Positions 35,974 to 49,600 of a stretch of 64,000 nt of DNA are shown piece by piece. Within the stretch, counting starts at the first letter, position 1; every line of letters begins with the position of its first letter. The translations under genes and the position numbers were made by a program. The stretch is from Chiloscyllium plagiosum (Eukaryota), in the NCBI RefSeq assembly GCF_004010195.1, contig NC_057749.1:26458591-26522590 (forward strand), written 5' to 3'. The notes beneath the pieces are model-generated. The model saw only the letters and a program-made list of their open reading frames with translations, was not told the DNA's origin and did not search any database.

Positions 35974-35974
<1 letters not shown>

Positions 35975-36009
<35 letters not shown>
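35975..36009. repeat. (TG)n microsatellite
   Basis: About 17 TG units. Confidence 0.98.
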
Positions 36010-36013
<4 letters not shown>

Positions 36014-36327
36014 CAATTCCATTCTTCCAGCCGCACAAATCATATTTTTGCATATACTCCGTCTATTGGTTACACCCCCATTTCAGCCAAAGCATGTTAT
36101 ATGTGCACTGACAGTCAGCCTCAATCTTCCACTCCACAAATGGACGCTTTATTTCAAGCTGGTTTATAACTACTTCCTTATCCAATCTGCCCAGTGTTTA
36201 TCAGCTTCCTGGATCTCACGTCACTGGTGAAACTGATGCCTGATGAGAGATGGTACCATAAGGGATCAAAGGTCTTTACTAAACAAAACAATTGTTTTCT
36301 ATGGTTCCTTTCCAAATGAGTGCTTAC

Positions 36328-36491
36328 CCGGCCAAGGTAGCGCCAGTCCAGCAAATCAGAGAGCCGCTCTGTGCGATTTCTCTGGATTATCCTTTGCCGT
36401 CGTGACTGTTGAGAGAAGCTGTAGAGGAATGAGGTTAACTGATTGCAGCACTCATCCAGGCTCTTAAACCGACGATCCAGAATATAGACTC
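36328..36491 (-). CDS. GYS1: GYS1 coding exon ([55 protein letters not shown])
   Basis: 164 bp with AG and GTAAGC. Contains the Arg cluster [13 protein letters not shown] that mediates G6P and phospho-regulation. Confidence 0.97.
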
Positions 36492-36640
36492 CTGTCAGAA
36501 AAGTATCAATATTCTTAGGTTAACTGACATCCCTCAGGCTAGGCCAATCAAGTTAAAGGTTTCTTGAATACCAAGTTAGGAAGTATCTCCTGGAATTCAC
36601 TGATGTTTTCACTGAACTAATGCCTATTTCTAACAATTAA

Positions 36641-36990
36641 GGGCAGCATGGTGGCAGAATCATTAGCACTGCTGTTTCACAGTGCTGAAGACCCAAGTTC
36701 AATTTCACCCTTGGGCAACTCCCCTGTGTGGAGTTTTAAACGTTCTCCCAGCATCTGAGTTTCCTCAAGGTATTCTGGTTTCCTCCCACAGCCCAAAGAT
36801 GTGCAGGTTAGGTGGACTGGCCATGCTAAATTGTCCTGTAGTGTTGAAGAGCTGTGCAGATAGGTGGATCAGCCATGATACATGCAGGGTTGCAGGAACA
36901 TGGTGGGTGTGATGGTCTAAGTGGGATGCTCTTCACAGGATCGGTGCAGACTCAATGGTCAGATGGCCTCTTCTGCACTGTAGGGATTCA
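36641..36990 (+). mobile_element. Diverged HE1-like SINE
   Basis: Degenerate head and the GATGTGCAGGTTAGGTGGA...GGCCATGCTAAATTG core. Confidence 0.7.
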
Positions 36991-37170
36991 ATGAATGCTG
37001 AAACTTATTATCTAACAGGATAGATTTTTTTCCCTGTCTCTGGTGCTCCCAGTTAGTTTAATTTGTCGAGACAGCAAAAATCAACACAACTCAGGGATAA
37101 CAAAGGCAGATAGCACAATAAACATCAGAAACATGGCAAGTGCATCACAGAACTGCTGATAAAAGCTCAC

Positions 37171-37266
37171 CATATGCAGAAGGATCAGTGATGTGATGCT
37201 CCATGAAGCAACCAAAGCCGGACAAATTGGTAGAAATGCTAGGAATTCCCATAACTGTGCATTCCG
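37171..37266 (-). CDS. GYS1: GYS1 coding exon ([33 protein letters not shown])
   Basis: 96 bp with tttttctcccAG and GTGAGC. ISTN and DPSAYG are GYS1-type rather than GYS2-type residues. Confidence 0.97.
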
Positions 37267-38164
37267 CTGGGAGAAAAAGAATTATTCAGAAATATAATTA
37301 AAACAAAACAAGCATGAAACATCATTTTTATACCCTAGCCCTATACTTTTTTATAAAATTTATGAATCTATCTTCATAAAAAAGTACGAGTCAATAAATG
37401 TTACAATAACAGTTCAACATCAATGGTTCTCAAGCACATAGTTCCTCTTTACTGGATACAAGAATGGTATAAACAGATAATAATCTTGGCAGTGTGCAGC
37501 TCCAGACTTGACACTGCCACTCAACAGACAGGAGCTGGATGCCCAGTAGTACTAGTGATGAACTCCAGAGAGATGCTCATTGGATTTCTCAGCCATGAAA
37601 CCAAACTGACCAAATATCTGCCAGCTTCAATTATCAGCCTGTACTGAGTTCAAGGTCTTTGGAGTGGTTCGTGGTTCAGTTCCATTCCTGATGCCTATTT
37701 GGGAACTACCTGCTGGAAAATGCATCAATAAGCAGTAAGTGTACCCAACAGAGCCAGTAGCAGCAGTGGATCAGGAATGAAATAACAAGCAGTTACCAGA
37801 ATTTAGGGCAAGTGGGATGGGGACTCTCAGGGCCAGAGATGATAGGGTCGGACAAGGTGACAGAATGGTAATATCAGTGGACTCAATCCAGGGCGCCAGG
37901 ATAATACAATGCCATGAATTTCAATTTTCCTAGGATTCCTTATTGATATAATCTATTTCTGCCCTGATTGGAAGGGCAGTCATTCTCATCTAACGACCTG
38001 GATTAAGCACTTTTTTGGTCAGGTATATACCTTGACTGTAATCATCAGAATTGAAGCCAATGGGCCCTGACAGAAAACTAAGTAAAGGACAGAACTGAAA
38101 CTAATCTTTTATAAACATTTATTCACAGACACTCCCCTCCAACTGAAAAACCATTAGTGTTTTA

Positions 38165-39185
38165 GAGTCATAGAGATATACAGCATAAAAACAGACCCTT
38201 CAGACCAACTCACGTTCTAACTCATCCATGCCAGCCAAATATCCTAAAATAATCTAGTCCCATTTTCCAACATTTGGCCCATGTCCTTCTAAACCCTTCC
38301 TCCTGAAATACCCATCCAGGTGCCTTTTAAATGCTGTAATTGTACCAGCTTCCACCACATCCTCTGGCAGCTCATTCCATACACACACCACCCTCTGTGT
38401 GAAAAAGTTGCCCTTTAAGTCCCTTTTAAATCTTGCCCCTCTCACCTTAAGCCTATGCCATCTAGTTTTGGACTCCCCTATCCTGGAGAAAAGGCTTGTT
38501 TATTTATCCTATCCACACACATGATTTTATAAACCTCTATAAGATCATCCCTTAGTCTCTGCCACTCTAGGGAAAACAATCCCAGCCTATTCAGCATCTC
38601 CCTATAGCTCAAATCCTCTGACACTGGTAATATCCTTATAAATCTTCTCTAAACCCTTTCAAGTTTCACAACATCCTTCTCATAGCAAGGTGATCAGATG
38701 TGAACGCAGTATTCCAAAAGTGGCCTAACCGATGTCCTGTGCAGCTGCAACATGACCTCCCAACTCCTGTACTCAAAGCAGTGACTAATAACGGCAAGCA
38801 TACCAAATAGCTTCTTCACTACTGTCTGCCTGCAACTCTACTTTCAAGGAACTATGAACCTGCACTCCAAGGGCAACCTTCTGTTCAGCAACACTGCCTG
38901 GGATCTTACCATTAAGTATAGGGCCTGTCCTGATTTGCCCTTCCAAAATGTAGCACCTTACATTTATCTGGATTAAACTCCATCTGCCACTCTCTGCGCA
39001 TCTGACCAAGGTCTTGTTGTATTCTGAGGTAAACTTCTTCACTGTCCAATACATCACTAATTTTGATGTCAACTGTAAAATTGTTAACCAAATCTCCCAT
39101 ATTCACATCCAAATCATTTATATAAATGACAGGTGGACCCAGAACCGATCCCTGCGACACACCACTGGTCACAGATTTCCAGTCC
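38165..39185 (-). mobile_element. CR1 LINE 3' part
   Basis: Decayed RT C-terminus (SQGSVLGP; FFTQRVV..WNELP) and a (CTATGA)-type tail. Confidence 0.85.
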
Positions 39186-39199
39186 GAAAATCAAGGTAA

Positions 39200-40975
39200 C
39201 CATGTGTAGGATATATATCCAGCTGTAGTTGCTGAAAATCCATGTTTCAGATCTGGAACTGCAGCTCAAGTTACTCTGGAGTACCACAAGAATGAGATCT
39301 TTGCAGATAGTACATAGAGTGAGGTAGTCACACCATATGTAAAGAGTGCACAGAGCGTAAGGGAATGGGTCACCACCAGACAGAGTAAAATCACCATGCA
39401 ATTGATAAAAATCACACAACACTAGGTTATAGTCCAACAGGTTCAATTGGAAACACACTAGCTTTCGGAGCGACGCCTGATGAAGGAGCGTCGCTCCGAA
39501 AGCTAGTTTGTTTCCAATTAAACCTGTTGGACTATAACCTGGTGTTGTGTGATTTTTAACTTTGTACACCCCAGTTCAACACCGGCATCTCCAAATCATG
39601 CAATTGATGCATGAGTCGCCTGGGGCAATCTCTCTTCTCTCTCTCTCACAGCAAATATTTTAGTTTTGTATACTGCTGGGTGAGAGAGTTTCAACAGGAA
39701 TGCAGTGAGAGCAGGTCCCAGCCGCCAGAAGCTTGGGTGGGGGTGGGGAGTGTTGGAGAAGAGCGAAAAAGTGCAAGAGCAGAGTGATGTGCATTCTGTT
39801 GTAAAGGGATAGAAGTTCCTCCATTTACAAACATTACACTAGGACGATACGTTGCCTCCCTGGTGCCAGGATCAAGGATGTCACTGAGGAGCTATAGGAC
39901 ATTCTGAAGAGAGAGGGAGAACAACCAGAGGTTGTGTCCAGACATACCTAAAAAGAAGATGGGCCTGCAAGAAGAATATTGGAAACAACTTTAAAAGTCA
40001 GGACCTCAAAAATAGTAATCTCAGATCAGGCATAGAAGAGTAGAGTGAAGGAACTTATGGCTGAAAGCATGGTTTTGGAGAGAGGAATTTAGATTCTTGA
40101 AACGTCAGAACTGATTCTGGGGATGGTAGGACCTCTTGAAGCTGGATGGGTTGCACTCCAGTGGAACTGAGACCAATATCCTCGCAATGATATTTGCTAG
40201 TCCCAGTTGGAGAGAGTTTAAACTAGAGTGTCAGAAGGGTGTGAACCTGGCTGGGGAGACAAGACTGGGGAAACAGAGATGGACATAACATTTGGAAACA
40301 AAGGAAACAAAATTATAAGTCAGAGAAAACAAAAGTAAAAATTTCAAAAAATTCAAGAGGTACTATATCTGAATGCATGGAGAAATCACACTAAAGTAGG
40401 CAAATTAACAGCACACACTGCTGTAAGTGGGTTACAATGTGATTGGGAGAACAAAGACCTGGCTATGGAATAACTGACCAAAGCTGGAAACTGAACATTC
40501 AAGAGTATCCAATCTTAGGAAGGACAAGCAAAACAAAAAAGATGCAACAGTTCATTATTGAGAAAGGATATTGGCACAGGAAATCTAGATGTGGAGTCAA
40601 TTTAGGTGAAGCCAAGATACAACAAGGTGCAGAAAATATTTGAGAGTTGTCTATCAGTCTCCAAATAGTAACAGTGAGATAAGGGATGGCATTAAACAAG
40701 AAATCAGAAATGTATACAGCAAGGGTGCAACACAAATCATAAATGATTTTAATCAATACATTGTTTCACACAGAGGGTGGTGCAGATATAGAATGAGTTA
40801 CCAGAGAAAGTGGTAAACAAGACACAATTACAACATTTAAACAGGTACATGGATAGGAAAGATTTTGAGAGATATGGGCCAAATGCAGGCAAAAGGGACA
40901 AGTTCAGTTTAAGAAACTTGGTTAGTATGGACTAGCTGAGCTGAAGGGCCTGTTTTCTATGCATGACTCTATGAC
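39200..40975 (+). mobile_element. Old CR1 5' region (ORF1/endonuclease remnants) plus a CR1 3' piece
   Basis: Degenerate CLPGARIKDVTE esterase-like motif near 39853. 3' UTR motifs at 40760-40975. Confidence 0.6.
39407..39596 (+). mobile_element. Fold-back element (family 2) with an intact hammerhead core and 12-bp TSD
   Basis: Inverted arms of about 70 bp. CTGATGA-A-GGAGC(GTC)GCTCC-GAAAGCTA at 39477-39505. TSD CATGCAATTGAT at 39395-39406 and 39597-39608. Confidence 0.8.
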
Positions 40976-41129
40976 TGGGTGAATTTCTGGTGTGTGCGCC
41001 AGATACAAGGTAGATTTTTACCAATAAATCCAACTAGCAACAGGCTAACCTCAATGTGATTTTGTGCAATGAGAAAGGGTTATTTCATACTTTTGTTGTG
41101 AGAGGTCTTATAGAAAAAAAAGTGACAAC

Positions 41130-41426
41130 ATAGAATCCTTAAACTGTGGAAGCAGGTCATTTGGCCGAGCAAGAGTAACCCACCCAAACCCATTCCCCTT
41201 CCCAATTATCCTGGATTTACCACTGACTAATGCACCTAACGTACACACCCCTGAACACTATGGGCAATTCAGCAAGGCCAATTCACCTAACCTGCACATC
41301 TTTGGATTGTAGGAGGAAATTGGAGGACCCGACAGAAACCCACACAGTCACCCATGGCTGGAATCAAACCCAGGTTCCTGGTGCTGTGAGGCAGCAGTGC
41401 TAACCACTGAACCACTGTGCTGCCCC
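41130..41426 (-). mobile_element. Diverged HE1-like SINE
   Basis: SINE head and core motifs. Confidence 0.75.
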
Positions 41427-41446
41427 AAATATCTTCATTGGACTAG

Positions 41447-41685
41447 AAAGAGTTGAAAAGTGTGGTGCTGGAAAAACACAGCAGGTCAGGCAGCATTCCT
41501 GATGAAGGGCTTATGGTTGAGAGTGAAGTGTTGGAAAGGCACAATAGGTCAGGCAGCATCCGAGGAACAGGAGAGTTGACATTTCAGGCATAAGCCCTTC
41601 ATCAGCATTCCTGATCTGCTGTGCTTTTCCAGTGCCACACTTTTCAACTCTGACTCTCCAGTATCGGCAGTCCTCACTCTCTCCG
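41447..41685. mobile_element. Compound fold-back of Penelope-end (family 1) fragments
   Basis: Repeated GCTGGAAAA..GCAGGTCAGGCAGCAT segments in both orientations, with CTGATGAAGGGCTTATG on both strands. Confidence 0.65.
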
Positions 41686-41759
41686 AGCTGGAATAAAAGT
41701 GAAATTGACCAAACAAAAACTGGTTTCCGAAAAGGAAACCTTACGGTTATTAGAGGTGA

Positions 41760-44100
41760 GTTATAGATTTTTACAGCATAGAAAGAGGCCCTTTGTGTCT
41801 GCGCCAGACAAAAAGCATGTTTTCCAATACTTGATCTGTCGTCTCGTACGCTGTGGCATTTCATGTAACCATCTAAGTAGCTCTTCAGTGTTGAGATGGT
41901 TCTGCCTCTATCACTATTTCTGGCAGTGGGTTCCAGATACATACCAACCTCTAAAGAAATTCTTTGTTGTAACCCCTCTAAACCTCCTGCCCTTTATCTT
42001 AACACTCTGCCTTTCAGTTAGTGTTTACTCTACTAAGAGGAAAGGTTATTACAATCCACCCTGTATGTCCCTCAGAATTTCATTTACTTCATTTAAGATC
42101 TCCTCAGCCTTCTCTGCTTGAAGCAAAACAACACCCTATCTAGTCTCTCTTCGTAGCTGAATCACTCCAGCTCAGGCAACATCCCAGTGAATCTCCTCTG
42201 CAATCACACCTTTCCTACAATAGTGACCAGAACTCTGCACAGTACTCCAGTTCCAGCCTAATGTCTTACACAGCTCCATCATAATCTCCATGTTCTTACA
42301 TGCAATGCCTTGTATAAAGGCAAGTGTCACATATATCTTCTTAATCACCTGATCTACCTGTCTTGCTGCTTTTAAGGATCTATGGATACGTGCATCAAGG
42401 CTCCTCTGATCCTCTGCAATTCCTAGGATCTTGCCATTCATTGGGTACTCCCTTGCCTTGTTAGTCTTTACAAAATGCATCACCTCATACTTCTCATCAT
42501 TACATTCTACTTACCACTGTTCTGTCCTTCTGAACAGCCCATACATATCGTCCTAAGGCTTTCCCCCACAATATTTACCACACCACCACTTTTAGTATTA
42601 TCTGCAAACTTACTGATCTAATCTCCTATATTCATGTCTAGATCATTAATGTACACAATGAATAGCAAGGTACCCAGCACCAAGCCCTGCTGGATACGGG
42701 CTTCCAGTTTCAAAAACAACATTAGACTATCCTCTCTGTTTCCTGTCAATAAGCGAATTTTGGATCTAATTTACCAAATTGCCCTGATCCCGTGGACTCT
42801 TATTTTCTTGACCAGTATCCTGTATGAGACCTTGTCAAAAGTTTCAACTCCATGGAGACTACATCAACTGCACTACCCTCATCCATACTTCTCGTCACCT
42901 CCTGAAAAACCCATTCAAACCTGTCAGACTTGATCTCACCCTGACAAAGCCCTACAAACTCACTGGCCTATAATTCCCAGGTTGATTCCTGCCAAATTTC
43001 TTGAATAATGGTACCACAGTAACAGTCCTCCAGTCCTCTGGCACTTCTCCTGTGCCCAAAGAAGACTTGAAAATGAATGGCAGGACTCCTGCAACTTCCA
43101 CCCCTTCATTAGCCTGGGATACAGCTCAGCTGAGCTTGGATAATTATACAATTTCAAGTCCACTAAAACTGGCAATAGCTCCTCCATCTCAATTGTAATT
43201 TGTTCTTGTTTATCAAAGTCCTCTTCCATTACTTCTGTACCTACATTGTTCTACTCTGTAGTTAATAAAGATGCAAATGACTCATTTAAAACCTCACCTA
43301 TGTCTTTTGGCTACACAGATAAGTATCCAATCAGATCCTAAATGGGCCCCACTCTTTCCCTGGTCACCCTCTTGCCTCTAACATAGTTTGGATAACTTGT
43401 ATCCACCAGTGTTTGTTTCATGGTCCTTCTTCAGTTTTCAAATTTATTTATTAATGATTCCCTACACTTTTTATATTCTTCTAGGGTTTCTGCTATTCTG
43501 AGCCCCCTGTACTGACCATTAGCTTCCCTTCTGTCCTTATCCAGTCCTGAATGTTCCTCAATATCCAGGGTTCTTTGGACTTGTTGGTCCCACCTTTCAC
43601 CTTTATGGGCATGTTGACCCTGAAATTAAACTAGCTCCTTCTTGAAATTACTCCCAGGAATCTGATGAAAATTGTTTGCCAATAGCTGCTCACAGTCCAC
43701 TTTGGCCAAAACTGACTTAACAAATTAAAAAAAAACTTCAATTTCAAAACCTTTACTATTGGTCAATTTTTATCCCTATCCACAATTACCATAAATCTTA
43801 CTAAATTATTTGCACTGTCACTGAAATGCTCTCCCACTAATACTTCTACCACTTGCCTAAAATTAGGTCCGTTTATCTCTCTCTGACTGGGGCCTATAGT
43901 ACACTCTGAATTACATGATGGTATTGTTTTTACATTCTACCCCTGTGACTTCAATTGAGGAAATTTCGAAGATATTATTTCTCCAACTGTAATAATTGAT
44001 TCATGGGTCAATACTGCAATGCGACCTCCTCTTTTATGATTCTCCCTGTCTCACCTGAAGATTCTATACTCCAAAATATTGAACTACTATGTCAGCCCTC
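41760..44100 (-). mobile_element. Old CR1 LINE (ORF2 remnants)
   Basis: Degenerate RT and endonuclease fragments (ORFs 42172-42483 and 42960-43229). Confidence 0.7.
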
Positions 44101-44114
44101 CTTCAACCATGTCA

Positions 44115-46688
44115 GCCATAAGTCTAATGGCGAGTCTACTCTGCCATTCGATCATGGCTGATAAGTTTCTCAATCCCATTCTCCAGCTTTCCCCCCATAA
44201 CCCTTGATCTCTTCATACTCAAGAACCGAAATACTCGATGACCTGGCCTCCATAGCCTCCAGTGGCAGTGAATTCCATCGACTCACCACTCTCTGGCTGA
44301 AGAAGTTTCTCTTTATCTCCATTCTAATAGGAAGACCTACTCTAAGGTTACGTCCTCGGGGACCAAGTCTCTCCTACCAATGGTGTTACGACATGGTAGT
44401 GAACCTTTCTGCTAATTAAACCAAACACACAGAAGAGCTCATCTGGCCTCGTAAGCTGTTAAAGTATGAGTGACAGCAAACTACCTAAATTCCACTATTT
44501 TAAGGAAAAATAACAATTTTATTCTTTAACTCTAAAATGAACATTAAACAATGACTATTTACATCTCTAAGCCTCTTTTCTCTTAAAGGTTTATTATTTA
44601 CTTTCCATTGTATAGCAAGATACTGATCCAATAAAGCCCAAAGTAAATCTACAGAAATTCAAGTGTCAAAACCAGACAGTGGCTATCATCTCTGGTGTCG
44701 ATCTTCCTCTGTTTGTAAATGTCCCTGGATTGACTTCGGTCTTCTGCTGCACATATTTTTAATGAAAAAAGGTACCTCTTATAGTGTGTGTTTTGGCCTG
44801 TCTGTCTGACAGTGGCAGGTGGTGCTCTTTCTGCTAACTGTCCAAAATGCCTGCTTTTTATACCCCAAATATCGGACGGTCTCACTGGTTTGATATTGTC
44901 AAAACAGTAAAAATCAAATTTGATTGGGTTTTATTATCTTGCGGCATAATTTAAACTGATTACTTAAATTCAAACAGCTGTGAAAACAACTGGTATCTAG
45001 GTTACAGCCAAAATGTTAGATGTTTTAAATTTCCCAGCACACTATGTGACAGAACAGGTGCTTGCCAGCTTTCACTCTCTCAAAGGTAAAATACGCACCT
45101 TCAACTTCAAAACGATGGAAACATCTTCCCAACATCCACTCTGTCCAGGCCATTCAGTATTCTGTATGTTTCAGTTAGATCACCCCCCCCCATTCTTCCA
45201 AACCCCATCATGTATAGACCCAGAGTCCTCATATGTTAAACTCTTCATTCCTGAGACCATTCTCATGTTCAAACCTCTTCTAAACACGATCCAGAGCCAG
45301 TACATTTTTACTGAGATTATGGGGCCCTAAACTGTATACGCTACGCCAAATGTGCTCTGACCAGAGCGTTATAAAGCCTCAAAAGTACACCCCTGCTTTT
45401 ATGTTCAAGTCTTCTCAAAACAAGTGCCATCGTTGCATTCGCCTTCCTAACTACTGACTCAACCTGCAGGTTTACCTTGAGAGAATACTGGACTAGGACT
45501 CCCAAGTCTCTTTGCACTTCAAATTTCAGAATTTTCTCCCCATTTAGTAAATAGTCCATGCCTCACACTTTCCCTTAATGTACTCCAACTGTCACTTCTT
45601 TGCCCCTTTTCCTACCTATCCAAATCCTTCTGCATCCTCCCTGCCTCCTCAATGCTACTTGACCCTCTACCTATCTTTGTATCATCTGCAAACATAGCCA
45701 GAATACCCTCCATTCCTTCACCTAGTTTGTTAATGTATAAAGTGAAAAGTTGTGGTTCCAACACTGAGCCTTGTGGAATACCACTAGTCACCAGCTGCAT
45801 CCTGAGAAGGACCCATTTATCCCCACTCTCTGCTTTCTGCCAGACAGCCAAACTTCTATCCATGCTAGCACCTTGCCTCTGACACCATGGGACCATATCT
45901 CATCAGGAGCTTCCTCTGTGGCCTCCTGAAGTCCAAGTAAGTAATATCCATTGGCTCTCCTTGGTCTAACCTGTTCATTACTTCCTCAAAGAATTCTAGT
46001 AAGTTTGTCAGGCATGACCTCCTTTTGATGAAACCATGCTGACTCTGTCCTATTTTACCATACACTTCCAAGTATTGAGAAATCTCATCCTTCACAATGG
46101 ATTCCAGGATCTTACCCATGACTGAGGTTAGGCTAATTGGTCGGTAATTTCCATCTTCTGCCATGCTCCCTTTTTAAACAGGGGTGTTATGTTGGGGAAT
46201 TTCCAGTCACCTAGGACCCTCCCAGATTCTAGCGATTCCTGAAAGATTACCACTAACACCTCCACTAATCTCTTCAGCTATCTCCCTTAAATCTCTGGGA
46301 TGTAGTCCACCTGGTCCAAGTCATTTATCCACCTTCAGGCCATTCAATTTTTCTAGCAGCTTCTCCTTGGTGATGGCCACCATACTCAGCTCTGCCCCCT
46401 TACTCTCTTGATTTTTTTGGGATATTACTCATGTCTTCCCACCATGAAAACTGACACAAAGTAATTATTCAGTTACTTGGCCATTTCCTTGTTCCCCACT
46501 ACTATCTCTCCTGCGACATTTTCCAGCGGACTAATGTACATTTCCTGCTTCTCTTTTGCCCTTTATACATCTCAAGAAGCTCTTAGAGTTGTCCTTTATA
46601 TTACTGGTGCGCTTACCCTCATATTTAACCTTCACCTCCATTTTTTTGTTGCCCTCTGTTGGTCTTTGTAAGCTTCTCAACTCTCTTA
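44115..46688 (-). mobile_element. CR1 LINE interrupted by a solo LTR
   Basis: ORFs 45341-46164 (GNYRPISLTS, SQHGF, PQGSVL, FADDTK). The CR1 sequence resumes on the far side of the LTR. Confidence 0.85.
44384..45114 (-). repeat. Solo LTR related to LTR 49731-50515, in opposite orientation
   Basis: Starts TGTTACGACA and resembles the reverse complement of the 50515 end. 4-bp TSD ATGG at 44380-44383 and 45115-45118. Confidence 0.8.
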
Positions 46689-49600
46689 TGTTGGTACATA
46701 AGACAAGCTTCCGGCCAGAATTTTGTCCTGTGAGGGATAGAAGTTGGGAGAAGGGGAGATCCTACATTCTGAAAGAAAGAGTAGAGAACACGTGGTAAGT
46801 GTTTATCATCGGTTAAAAAAGCTCAAGAGGGTGGAAAGGAGGTGAAAGGCTCAGGTATTTCTATGGTGGTAAAGTAGAACATGTAAAGTCACAGTACTAG
46901 TCGTAAAAGAAAGACACGGTGGGAAAAGACGTGCTAAAAGCAGCTAAGCCAGTGTCATTACTGAAAGTAGTAAAGGAAACCCCAATAAGAGCTGAGGAGC
47001 TGCAGGAGAGTGCACAGCCTGGACAGGGGCTGGGGATGGAGTTAGTGCCTGATCTTGACAAAGGATTTGTCTCTGTGGGTAAAGTTTACTCAGAAAGAAG
47101 AGAAGGACAAGACGTTATAATTTTGATATAACAGGATCTAACCAGTTTCTAATAGTAAGACATGCACTCTTTCTGATCTGTTATCTGAGAGAGTGGTAAT
47201 TTGTTGGATAGATGGATAAAAAGTTAGCATTCCCCTATGTAAGATCAGGTTGGAGTGCCATTCAAGACTGGGGAAGTTACAGTGGGAGTGATTGACAGAG
47301 TGTCAGTTCCAGGAATCCAATTTGTTCTTGGGAATGATTTAGTAGGGTCCAAGGTGGGAGTGACACCCTTTGTTGTGGAAAAGCCCAAGGAAGACCAAGA
47401 AACCAAGGAGTTAAAAGAAAAATATCCTGGTATTTTCCCAAACTGTGTGGTAACAAGATCCAACTATAATAAGTCACAGCACAAAGCAAAAAGTAAAGAG
47501 AAAGATGGAGGAGTTGTGGTTCAGTTAGCAGACATCCTGTTTGTTGTAATGGTGCAGGAAAACCTGAACAGGTAGCGTGTCGGACAGAAGTGATTACTCC
47601 TGAAAGGCCATAAAAGAGTTGCAACAGAAATACAAGATGATAAGAGATATACATGTGGATGCGTACTCTGAAAAGGAGGCAAAGACTATTCCTGAGAGCT
47701 ATTATCTGAAAGATGGAATCCTAAGATGGAAATGGAGACCATGGCAGGTTAGTGCAAAGGAGAAATGGGCAGAAGTGCACCAGATTGTGTTGTCGGTAGT
47801 ATACAGATAGGAAGTGTTGCGGTAGCACATGGACCACCTGTAGGTGGTCACCTAGGGGTACGAAAGACTCAGGCTAAGGTACAAAAACATTTTTATTGGC
47901 CTGGAATGCACAAGGACCTGGTTAACTTTTGCGGTACGTGTCATGCATTGCCAAATGGTAGGTAACCAGCACCTTTGTTGCCAATTCCTGCATTCAGAGA
48001 ACTTTTCACGTGGGTTATCATTGATTGGGTAGGTCCCCTCCAGAGAGCTAGGAGAAAGAGGTGTTAGTTACTGCCCCGCAGAGTGAAGGATCAAATCCAG
48101 ATGTTCTGGATTTTGATATGCCTCAAAATATGTTAAAAAATGAAGAAGTCCTTGAGGAGTGGGATAGGTTAATAAACTGTCTCAGGAGCATAGAACACAG
48201 TTGAAAGGTTTGTTACTGCAGTATGAGGATATATATAGGAATCAAATGGGGAGGAATAATGCTATTGTACATGAAATAGACATAGGGAATGCTGTTCTGA
48301 TAAAACAACATCCATATCGGCTTAATCCTTTCAAAGTCAAAGTCAGACTGGTCCAAAAAGAGGTGGAGGCCATGCTCAAAGAGGATATCATCAAACCGAG
48401 CCAGAGCAAGTGGAATTCACTGATTGTCTTAGTTCCCAAACCTGATGGGACTCAATGATTTTGCATGGAATATCAGAAGGTCACTGCCGTTACAAATGTG
48501 GACTCATATCCAATAAGGAGATTGGAGGACTGTATCAAGAAAGTTGGACAAGCCAGTTACATCACCAAGTTGGACTTACTGCGTGGTTACTGTCAGGTAC
48601 CTTTATCAGAGACAGCAAAATAAATTTCTGCATTTGTAACCCCAAATGGGCTATATCAATTCAAAGTGATGCCCTTTGGAATGAAGAACGCACTCGCCAC
48701 ATTCCAACAATTCGTGAACAGAGTTGTGGCTGTGTTTACAAACTGTGCAGTCTATTTGGACAATGTAGTGATCTTTAGTAAGTCCTGGAAAGATCACATG
48801 ATACAGTTAGCAGAGCTCTTTGAATGACTACAAGAAGCAAAACTGGTAATAAATATAAACAAAACTGAATTCACGAAAGCAGAGGTGATGTTTTTGGGAC
48901 ATAACATCGGTCATGGAAGGTTGACCCCACAGAATGCAAAGATGAAGACCATCGAGGAATTTCCACAAACACCCTCGAGAAAAAGAGGTGCTTCAATTCT
49001 TGGGACTTAGCGGATTCTATCAGAAATTTGTTCCAAACTTCAGCAGTATAGTGGCACCATTAACTGATTTGCTGAAGAACAACACAAAGTTTTGGTGCAC
49101 AGAACAATGCCAGGAGGCATTCAACCATTTGAAAGCAATATTAACAACTGTACTAGTTTCAGCTACACCAAACTTTTTGAAACCTTTCAAAGTTGCCAAC
49201 GATGCTAGTGACACAGGAGTTGGAGCTGTACTGCTACAGGAACATGATGATGGGATTGAACTGCCAGTTGGTTAGTTTTTGAAGAAACTCAACATCCACC
49301 AGAGGAAATACTCCACGATCGAAAAAGAACTATCGAGTTTGGTACTGGCCTTACAGCATTTAACATGTACGTCACAAACAATGTGTCCGAGATGGTTGTG
49401 TACACGGATCATAATCCTCTTACATTCTTGGAACGCTTTAAAGACAGAGTACGAAACTGTTCCATTGGAGTCTAATGTTATTAACTTTTAATTTACAAAT
49501 CATATATGTTGCGGGTCGTAAGAATGTAATCACAGATGCGTTATCATGGATTTAACTAATAAGGTATAGAATGAGATTGGTATCTACTCAGTGATATATA